Positions 7,336 through 13,987 of a stretch of DNA of 15,461 bases are shown here, piece after piece (positions within the stretch are counted from its first letter, which is position 1; each line of letters starts with the position of its first letter). Source of the stretch: Promethearchaeota archaeon (GTDB lineage: Archaea > Asgardarchaeota > Hermodarchaeia > Hermodarchaeales > Hermodarchaeaceae); assembly GCA_048939245.1 (NCBI GenBank), contig JBHLPR010000053.1, positions 1 to 15,461 of the forward strand, read 5' to 3'. The notes beneath the pieces are model-generated. The model saw only the letters and a list, made by a program, of their open reading frames with translations. It made no database searches and was not told where the DNA came from. The position numbers were made by a program, and so were the translations under genes.

Positions 7336-7623
7336 ATGAAATATATCGTATTTTGGGAATACGACCCTGAAGATCTTGATAAAGCAATTGAGAAACTCAA
7401 AGAGTTCAGAGAAAAAATCAAGAAGAATCCTGACAAGTATGCAAAATCGATCAGTCCGAACTATACAATGGGTATCGGGTTCAATGGCTTTCAGTTGTTT
7501 GAAGCCGACGACCCCGAACAACTCGCGCGGATGGTACTCCACTACAGACCTGAAGTAACATTTGATATCGTGCACATTACCGAAACAAAAACAATGCTCA
7601 ACCTCTACGAAAAGGAACGCTAA
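7336..7623 (+). CDS. DUF3303-like small alpha/beta-barrel protein
   Basis: 95 aa MKYIVFWEYDPEDLDKAIEK...GFQLFEADDPEQLARMVLHYRPEVTFDIVHI; SD GAGGTGA (7324-7330) + 5 nt precedes ATG 7336. Family recalled from the GFxLxEADD pattern. Confidence 0.78.
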   Translation: MKYIVFWEYDPEDLDKAIEKLKEFREKIKKNPDKYAKSISPNYTMGIGFNGFQLFEADDPEQLARMVLHYRPEVTFDIVHITETKTMLNLYEKER

Positions 7624-7923
7624 CAATAAAGACTACGATCAATCGAGACAGAGACGGTTAGTGATCTGAGAGGTGGTTACAGAACATACGCCATTAGAAT
7701 TCTATGATGGATTTTATATGATCGAATTTTCATAGGTTTGGAAACACTAAACATTCCTATTTTCCGGTCTAGTAGCTAATGTCTTTGATGTTTCCATTAC
7801 CAATGAAGGGTGCAAAGGAGTGCATTCCTTTGAAGTTATTTGCGCCTTCTTGAACGACCAATCATGATGTCATTCTTAGACAAAGAGATGGACAAATACT
7901 AATTCCCTGAAGACCAGCAATTC

Positions 7924-9360
7924 TTATGTAGATTTTAGGGTTCGTAGTGACAAACCACGAGATTTCCGATAAATCACATAGACCAAGAAGCCTATTAGAA
8001 ACCAGACAAGTCCTGCCAAGCGTCCGAATTCTTTAAACGAGACAACAATCAACCACACAGCAAAACATGAAATAACGCCAATCGCTGCTGGTAGGGGTAC
8101 TTCAATTTTTTTGCCTTTACGCCACGGTATGCTGATCGTACCTGGCACGCGCCATGCTCGTTGTATATTAGGCTGTGTATTTCGGAGTTGAATCAAAGCG
8201 AGATTCACCATGATGTAGCTTATCAGAGCACCAAAGGCATACAAGTCAACCAGTAGATTTAGATCACCGAGAAATGCAAGCCCCACACCAATTGCAGAGA
8301 AGAGAATTATACTCCGATACGGTGTACGATATTTTGGATGTAATTTATTAAACCATTGAGGAATGAGCTTAGAGCGGCTCATCTCATACGATACTCGGCT
8401 TACACCCACGATTCCCGAATTTGCACTAACATAACTAATTGTTACACCAATAATCGCAATGAAAGGTGCAAGAATAAAAGCCCAAGGTAGATAGCTTGCA
8501 ACAACGGCCAAGGGATTAGCGGTTCCTTCGGCAATGAGTGGCCATGGGACAACGCCCAATGCAAGAAGGGACACAACCACTGTGAAGAAAATTATACACA
8601 CTATAAGGGCAAGCGTTGAACGTGTAATGGTTTTTCCAGGATTTTTCGTCTCTTCGGCAGCTTCTGAAATAGATTCTAGTCCGATGAAACTTACGGTGGC
8701 AACACTGATGGAGTAAAGAAAACTGCTAAGTGTGGGAGTCACACCCCATTGAATTTGCCCTAGGAGAAATGCCCAATTCCATACCGTGAAAAAGCCAATA
8801 CCCAATAAGAGACCGAGCCCTACAAGGCAGAGAATTACAAAGATGATATTTAGGTTTGCACTTTCTCGAATTCCTAGATAATTTAAGAAGATTAGAAAAA
8901 CCACGAGAATAGCTGCTATGAGACCCATCACGCTGATGGGAAATAATCCGATTAAGATATGTGCGAAGATAATGGTTGGAAAGAAAAAGCCTAGGTAACC
9001 AATGGCGATTAGGGCGAATAGAGGGATACAGATGGTATAATCAAGAAGTAGTCCCCATCCCGCAATGAAGCCTGCGATGTCTCCAAATGCCTTCCTCGCA
9101 TATACAGACCCTCCACCAGCAATCGGATAAGTGGATGCTAGCTCAGTATAGCTGAGACCTGTACACGCATATAATATCGAGGCGATGAGAAATGCAAGGG
9201 GGGCTGCACCCATCGCCCAGGCAACAACGACGCCAAGAGCTAAGAAAATATCTGCCCCAATATCAGCAAATCCCATGCCAAAACTCCCCCAAAACCCAAG
9301 TGTTCTAACCAGACTTACTTGTTCTTTTTCTTCTTGGCGCTTTTGTGTTGTTGTAGTCAT
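7924..9360 (-). CDS. APC superfamily permease (12-TM type, KimA-like acidic residues)
   Basis: 478 aa, hydrophobic; SYTELASTYPIAGGG, GWGLLLDY, NYLGIRES, FIGLESISEAAEETKNP, SRVSYEMSR and LHPKYRTPY. Confidence 0.92.
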   Translation of the reverse strand: MTTTTQKRQEEKEQVSLVRTLGFWGSFGMGFADIGADIFLALGVVVAWAMGAAPLAFLIASILYACTGLSYTELASTYPIAGGGSVYARKAFGDIAGFIAGWGLLLDYTICIPLFALIAIGYLGFFFPTIIFAHILIGLFPISVMGLIAAILVVFLIFLNYLGIRESANLNIIFVILCLVGLGLLLGIGFFTVWNWAFLLGQIQWGVTPTLSSFLYSISVATVSFIGLESISEAAEETKNPGKTITRSTLALIVCIIFFTVVVSLLALGVVPWPLIAEGTANPLAVVASYLPWAFILAPFIAIIGVTISYVSANSGIVGVSRVSYEMSRSKLIPQWFNKLHPKYRTPYRSIILFSAIGVGLAFLGDLNLLVDLYAFGALISYIMVNLALIQLRNTQPNIQRAWRVPGTISIPWRKGKKIEVPLPAAIGVISCFAVWLIVVSFKEFGRLAGLVWFLIGFLVYVIYRKSRGLSLRTLKST

Positions 9361-9390
9361 TTTTCCTCAGCTCGGAATTGTTTTCCCTGG

Positions 9391-10275
9391 CTATCCTTTT
9401 CCAAAAATCATGACAACCGCCGCGTTAGATTCAGTTGCAATTTTGCGCGATACTCTACCTAGAAAACCACCAAATCGGTGTGGTTTCTGATGGGTGCCTA
9501 AAATAATGAGATCAACTTGTTCTTCGGTTGCAATCTCAATGGCTGCATTACTAAGCGTCCTAGCTGCTACGTGTTTAGGTCTAATGTTGATGCCAGTTTG
9601 GCTAGAAAAACTCGTCACATCCTCAATAAAGCGTTCTCGTTCAAGCTGGATCTCAGGTGCATCTGTTGCTGTCAAACTTGTTACAAGAGGTAAGAGGGTA
9701 ATATTCAATGCAATAAGCTCAGCGGTTTTTGCCGCAGAACTTCTCTTCAACGCCGCAGCTAAATGGAGGGCTGAGAAGTCTTGACGTTTACTACGAATTG
9801 GAATCAGGATTTTTCGAAGTACTGGTTCTTGATGTTTAGCAAAATCCTCTAACCATGATGCAATAACTAGTAGGGGTACTTCGGTTTTCCTTGCTACGCG
9901 ACGCGCTGTTGATCCGAATATGTACTTGTAACCAGGTCTTTGTGCGGCTGACATGATAATCAAATCGCATTCTTGTTTATGACTTGATTTCAGAATAGCA
10001 TCCGAAGCTCGAAACCGCGTTATTTCCTCAAAATTAAACGGAACTTGCAAAAGAACAGAAAGCGATTTAACGTGCCCTGATAAGCGATTAAGCCAGTATT
10101 CACTGGTTTGACTAAAGTGTTCTTGGCAATGTAAGACGGAAATTGTTGCCTTTGAATATTCTGCCAAGTAGAAGGCAAGGTTAATGGCATTCACTTCAGC
10201 GGGAAATCCTTGAATCGGAACAAGAACGCGTTGCATCTTAGGTTCTTTCCATTCTTCAGAGAACAAAAAACTCAT
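9391..10275 (-). CDS. Universal stress protein with two tandem USP domains; co-oriented 30 nt upstream of the APC gene
   Basis: Domain 1: RVLVPI...DLIIMSA...FGSTARRVARKTEVPLLVI. Domain 2: KILIPI...DLIILGT...FLGRVSRKIA. Confidence 0.9.
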   Translation of the reverse strand: MSFLFSEEWKEPKMQRVLVPIQGFPAEVNAINLAFYLAEYSKATISVLHCQEHFSQTSEYWLNRLSGHVKSLSVLLQVPFNFEEITRFRASDAILKSSHKQECDLIIMSAAQRPGYKYIFGSTARRVARKTEVPLLVIASWLEDFAKHQEPVLRKILIPIRSKRQDFSALHLAAALKRSSAAKTAELIALNITLLPLVTSLTATDAPEIQLERERFIEDVTSFSSQTGINIRPKHVAARTLSNAAIEIATEEQVDLIILGTHQKPHRFGGFLGRVSRKIATESNAAVVMIFGKG

Positions 10276-10363
10276 GAATAATCTGCTCCCAAATCTGTGT
10301 CAAGAAACAATGTGTTCTAATCTTTCTATTAAAGACGGATTTGAAGTGTAATACTAAAAGGGG

Positions 10364-10377
10364 TTATAAAGACTTTC
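10364..10377 (-). promoter_or_regulatory. BRE/TATA promoter of the USP-APC operon
   Basis: The minus strand reads GAAAGTC-TTTATAA, about 90 nt upstream of the USP ATG. Confidence 0.5.
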
Positions 10378-10562
10378 AGTACTAACAACAGACACGGTTC
10401 CTACAAAATGTTTGCAATTAAACGATAGTGTCGTTTCTCGATTTTTTTCAAAAAGAAACACGAGATATTATCTGTTTCTAGAATAGGTTAGCTAAGAGAT
10501 CATATCAAAGTAAACATCAAGGCGCTCGTTACTTTAATTCGTCGAACAATTTGCTGACAAAT

Positions 10563-10901
10563 TTACCAGCTTAAGAGTACTGAACAACAGCTGTGGGTAT
10601 TGAAGCCGATCCGCTTCGGGTTGCCTGACCACGCCAGGTCATCCTGAAACGCGGATTAGAGGACTAAGTTACGGTTATACGCGGGAACTTCTTCCATCAT
10701 AATCTAAGCGACGCATCTCTGGTGACCGTCTTCCCACGTCACGCCATGAATCAGAAGCCTAAAGCCAAACTTCTCGAACTGCTGCAACCAGGCACGCGAA
10801 TCGTATTACACATTTACGCCTTCGAGGGTTGGCAACCAGAAACAGTTCATAAAAGACATCAACTCTATCTATACCGTTCCCCACCAACCAATTTGAACTA
10901 A
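10563..10901 (+). pseudogene. Decayed class I SAM-dependent methyltransferase (FAM173/aKMT-like), 5'-truncated
   Basis: One frame reads LPA*EY*TTAVGIEADPLRVA*PRQVILKRGLED*VTVIRGNFFHHNLSDASLVTVFPRHAMNQKPKAKLLELLQPGTRIVLHIYAFEGWQPETVHKRHQLYLYRSPPTNLN*. Stops lie at 10572, 10581, 10626 and 10665; no motif I (DLGxGxG) is recognisable upstream. Confidence 0.8.
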
Positions 10902-11010
10902 TCCTGATCTGCCTCCAATTATTGAACCATTCTGGAACGATAATGTCCTAATTTTCTCTGCAATTGATGGATTTTTCAACCGTTTTGCACCCTAGCTAAG
11001 ACCCGCGTTG

Positions 11011-11058
11011 TTAAATAGTGTCCAGACGAATCCTGCGTGGTCGTTGAAAAATCAACGA
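11011..11058 (+). promoter_or_regulatory. TATA box plus perfect 7-4-7 palindrome near the predicted TSS of the second secreted gene
   Basis: TTAAATA at 11011-11017; TCGTTGA-AAAA-TCAACGA at 11041-11058; an inverted 11-bp copy GATTTTTCAAC at 10970-10980. Confidence 0.45.
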
Positions 11059-11080
11059 ATCAACTTGGAGGGATGATTCA

Positions 11081-11707
11081 ATGCTTCGAAATTCAAAAGT
11101 AACACTACTCGCTATCACACTCGCTTGTGTCCTCTGTTTAACCATGATTCCACGAGCATCTGCGAACTATGGTGAAATCAATAGCTTTCTTCGGAACCCC
11201 AATTCAGGAATTAGTCCTGCAAACTATAACGCTGCTTTTATCCGGGTGTATGAAAATTATGTCGACCGTGCCATCAGCTTGTTTACATGCGCTCCTCTCG
11301 TTCCTTGGGATCCGATATTCAATGGTGATGAATATCTCGCAATGGGTCACAGCTATTACATGTTGCCGGATGAAGTTGACAACTTTGTGGAAATGAAGAA
11401 GTACTATAAGCATGACTATCGAATTGAATTCTATATCGATGACGACGTATACGAGGGAACAGTGACACCTGTGGTTTACAATCCCCTTTGGGATGAGGAT
11501 GAGGATGGTGTACGTGAAGGCGCATATACGTTCCGTGTGGGAACTTCTTTCAAACCAGGTGAAATCTCAGAAGGCTATCACGTATTCAATTTCATAGAAT
11601 ATGAATACAACCATGACACAGATGAATGGGTAGAAATCTTCAATTGGAATGACTATCTATCGACGTTTGGTCTCCCAAATAGCTATTTCATTATCGAATA
11701 TTATTAG
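11081..11707 (+). CDS. Secreted acidic, aromatic-rich hypothetical protein with DxDxDG loop
   Basis: Signal peptide MLRNSKVTLLAITLACVLCLTMIPRASA|NYG; DEDEDGVRE loop; SD GGAGGGA; tandem stops TAG TAA. Confidence 0.8.
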   Translation: MLRNSKVTLLAITLACVLCLTMIPRASANYGEINSFLRNPNSGISPANYNAAFIRVYENYVDRAISLFTCAPLVPWDPIFNGDEYLAMGHSYYMLPDEVDNFVEMKKYYKHDYRIEFYIDDDVYEGTVTPVVYNPLWDEDEDGVREGAYTFRVGTSFKPGEISEGYHVFNFIEYEYNHDTDEWVEIFNWNDYLSTFGLPNSYFIIEYY

Positions 11708-11740
11708 TAAACCTGTAAAAATATCGGGACCCTCTAATAC

Positions 11741-11768
11741 TGGTGAGGTGTCCCCCACCACTTTTTTT
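11741..11768 (+). terminator. GC hairpin plus T7 terminator
   Basis: TGGTGAGG-TGTC-CCCCACCA (1 mismatch) followed by CTTTTTTT, 33 nt after the stop of 11081-11707. Confidence 0.55.
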
Positions 11769-12049
11769 CGGTGTTTCAATGATTAGGTTTGGCTGAGAAC
11801 CATTCTGGATTGGTGGTGGTCTTTATGGCTACAGCATATAAGAAGGCTGGTCTCAAAGGTTTCTGGCACACCTGAGTGTGTGGTTCCGTTTTTACTCGAC
11901 TCTGTCCCACATTCATCTTATTTCGATGGATTTGGGGCACTTTTGAGACTCCTCTGGGACCCGTCAATAGAAATTTGACCAAACCCAACTCTAATGCACG
12001 TTTATCCGAACACAATTGGAGGGGTGACCCGGCAAGGAGTCAAGATGAC

Positions 12050-12484
12050 ATGAGGTATTCGGATTTGATCAAGGAATACCGGAAGCTGTGTTCCATTCGT
12101 GGTCCTGATTTGGCTCAAATTGGCGTTATCGAAAAGGCAGTTCCGATTCACGAAACTGATCGAATCCGAATCCTCCTCGTCCGTAAACCCCAAAAATCTA
12201 GCCCTGTTCGCTTGGAAGTCGAAATTACACTCCCGGAGCGGATATGGGGGCTCAATGCCAATCTCTCTTCCAATAAGTTCTCTTCTCCTAATCAATCAGA
12301 ACTACGTTTGTCGCTAGAAGAAATGATTATACTCTTTCGCTATATCCTCAACCTTCAAGCTGCTGGGTTTAATTTAGATTTTTTCAGTGACGAGGGCGTA
12401 TGGATTGCTTCATACAATCTTACGAAAGAGCCAAGCAAAGCGCTATTCGCCCAGTGTAAGCCACCCAAACTCAAGGTCAACTAG
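12050..12484 (+). CDS. Hypothetical protein (144 aa; probable start ATG 12050 rather than 11876)
   Basis: MRYSDLIKEY...IRILLVRK...LEVEITLP...YILNLQAAGFNLDFFSDEGVWIAS...PP reads like a globular protein, with AGGAG at 12035-12039 upstream. The upstream 58 codons lack an SD and look non-coding or decayed. Confidence 0.72.
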   Translation: MRYSDLIKEYRKLCSIRGPDLAQIGVIEKAVPIHETDRIRILLVRKPQKSSPVRLEVEITLPERIWGLNANLSSNKFSSPNQSELRLSLEEMIILFRYILNLQAAGFNLDFFSDEGVWIASYNLTKEPSKALFAQCKPPKLKVN

Positions 12485-12489
12485 CGGGT

Positions 12490-12556
12490 GTTGTAAAATT
12501 CAGTTCATCCATCGAAACGAGCTCAGTGGATCTGAAAGTGAACTGATAAATACATC
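12490..12556. promoter_or_regulatory. Inverted pair of 18-bp boxes upstream of the second Lrp gene
   Basis: GTTGTAAAATTCAGTTCA (12490-12507) versus the reverse complement of 12539-12556, GATGTATTTATCAGTTCA: 13/18 identical, and all mismatches are A<->T. Confidence 0.4.
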
Positions 12557-12601
12557 TTATACAGCAAATCACCTCAGTACGGACCTTTGGGGAGTTCGTC
12601 T

Positions 12602-13534
12602 GTGGACTTGGTTGATAAGGGCATCATTGCCGAATTAGAAGCTAATTGTCGTCAGTCTTATCGAGTGCTAGCTCGAAAACTCGGCGTGTCAAGTAAAACC
12701 GTTCGCAGTCGAATTAATAAACTGAAGGACTTAGGTGTCATTCAACGTTTCACCGTAGAGCTCAATCCCGAAATTCTTGGCGTTCATCTTGTCATCGCCG
12801 AGGTTACCACATTGGGCTCCGAAGATACTCTAGCCTTCATCAACTGGATTGGCGAAAGTCCAGTTGTGCGATTAGTGTCGCGTTTAGCCGATGGAAACTA
12901 CGATGTTGAAGCCGAAGTTCGAGGGAAAATGGGTACAGTGAATTTTGGTCAGTTCCTCAGGGGAATTGATCGTGTCTCCCATGTTGAGATACACGACGCC
13001 ATCCAAATGCACCCCCACAGCACTACCGAGTCTTTAATCAAACCAAAAGGATTCGAATTTCACCTTTCCCCTATGCAATTGGAAGTTTTGCGCTGCCTCC
13101 GTGAGAATCCACGAATGCCAATCGTCAATATCGCTCGACAAACGAAAATGTCAGCCAAGCGGGTGCGGAGCATCCTATATGAATTTCATGAAACCTCGAT
13201 GCTACGGTTTTCACTTGAATGGCTCCGAAGTTTTGCTGGCCAGATTGAATTTCGAAGTCGATTCCGGTACAACATTGAGACAACCACGCCCAAACAGGTG
13301 GTTACTTGGCTTACACAAGAATACCCTTTGGAATACTGGACTTCGTATCTGCTTACTAATGAACCAACACTGCTTCTCGATTTTGCGGTTGACAATCTAC
13401 ATCAAGTTGAAGCCATCGACTCTGAACTCAAAGAATCTCATTACAGTATGATTGTTCAATCGATGGTCATGTTTCCTCAACGAAAATTTCCTGGGTTGTG
13501 CCGGAACCACCTGGAAACCCTTTTTGAGTCTTAA
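12602..13534 (+). CDS. Lrp/AsnC family regulator with two tandem HTH + effector-domain units (paralog of 3064-4092)
   Basis: MDLVDKGIIAELEANCRQSYRVLARKLGVSSKTVRSRINKL and a second HTH QLEVLRCLRENPRMPIVNIARQTKMSAKRVRSIL; shares the TNEP motif with the first Lrp. SD GGGGAG precedes GTG 12602. Confidence 0.88.
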   Translation: MDLVDKGIIAELEANCRQSYRVLARKLGVSSKTVRSRINKLKDLGVIQRFTVELNPEILGVHLVIAEVTTLGSEDTLAFINWIGESPVVRLVSRLADGNYDVEAEVRGKMGTVNFGQFLRGIDRVSHVEIHDAIQMHPHSTTESLIKPKGFEFHLSPMQLEVLRCLRENPRMPIVNIARQTKMSAKRVRSILYEFHETSMLRFSLEWLRSFAGQIEFRSRFRYNIETTTPKQVVTWLTQEYPLEYWTSYLLTNEPTLLLDFAVDNLHQVEAIDSELKESHYSMIVQSMVMFPQRKFPGLCRNHLETLFES

Positions 13535-13778
13535 TCTTTGTGATTCTAACGGAAAAACTGATTTTTGCACCATGTAGTGCATCATTCCTCTCTCTCCGTC
13601 TCCTTTCTAAAAGAGCAAGTCCAAACGGTTTATGGCACCCTACTGCATGTTCAGAGAGGCACATCACCAATAGTTTTCAAGAATGGTCCATATCTCATCA
13701 AAGAAAGCATGCAGGAAGGCTCTTAATTCAAAAATTCTTTGACAACTGGCAAGCATACAATTTTTCAAGGTCTGGTAG

Positions 13779-13844
13779 TGAAAAATTAAATACCTCGACA
13801 AAGCTTTGGTCTACACGATATTCAAATCAGCTAACGAGCTGATT
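13779..13844 (+). promoter_or_regulatory. BRE/TATA promoter and 8-4-8 palindrome upstream of the peptidase gene
   Basis: TGAAAAA-TTAAATA at 13779-13792; AATCAGCT-AACG-AGCTGATT at 13825-13844; SD-like GGAGTGGT at 13853-13860. Confidence 0.45.
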
Positions 13845-13987
13845 GTAAATCTGGAGTGGTTTCATTTTTGCTATCTGTTGATGAAATAGAAAAACAAACA
13901 GAGGATTTGTATGCAACGGTAATGGACCAGTTGTACAAATAATATGCGGGGTTACCCTTTGATGAAACTTTATTATTTCAAACAGCC

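Noticed and set aside
3025-7827. 12-bp inverted match GAATGCACTCCT (3025-3036) / AGGAGTGCATTC (7816-7827)
   Set aside because: Several 12-mer matches are expected by chance in 15 kb, and there is no transposase or target duplication.
10590-10860. GC-richer intergenic stretch as RNase P, SRP or other ncRNA
   Set aside because: It lacks the conserved ncRNA motifs and is explained by the methyltransferase pseudogene.
11825-12049. Selenocysteine readthrough MATAYKKAGLKGFWHT-TGA-VCG into ORF 11876
   Set aside because: There is no UxxC/CxxU context, no recognisable selenoprotein family and no SECIS I could identify; it is at most a decayed gene fragment.
12523-12575. Minus-strand GAGGTGA followed by a 13-codon CTG-started ORF
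   Set aside because: It is too short to support and overlaps the Lrp promoter region; the spacing (4 nt) differs from the supported cases.
13759-13787. 9-11-9 inverted repeat AATTTTTCA/TGAAAAATT as a shared operator with 10970/11043
   Set aside because: It is low complexity, and the right arm is explained as the BRE/TATA of the peptidase promoter.
13540-13842. 100-aa ORF, and a VFKNGPYLIK stretch in another frame resembling CDGSH proteins
   Set aside because: There is no SD, no CDGSH Cys motif and no continuous similarity.
10572-13942. Stop-codon reassignment (TAA=Gln, TGA=Trp) to explain the in-frame stops
   Set aside because: TAA, TAG and TGA all terminate intact genes here at sensible family ends, so pseudogenisation or error is simpler.
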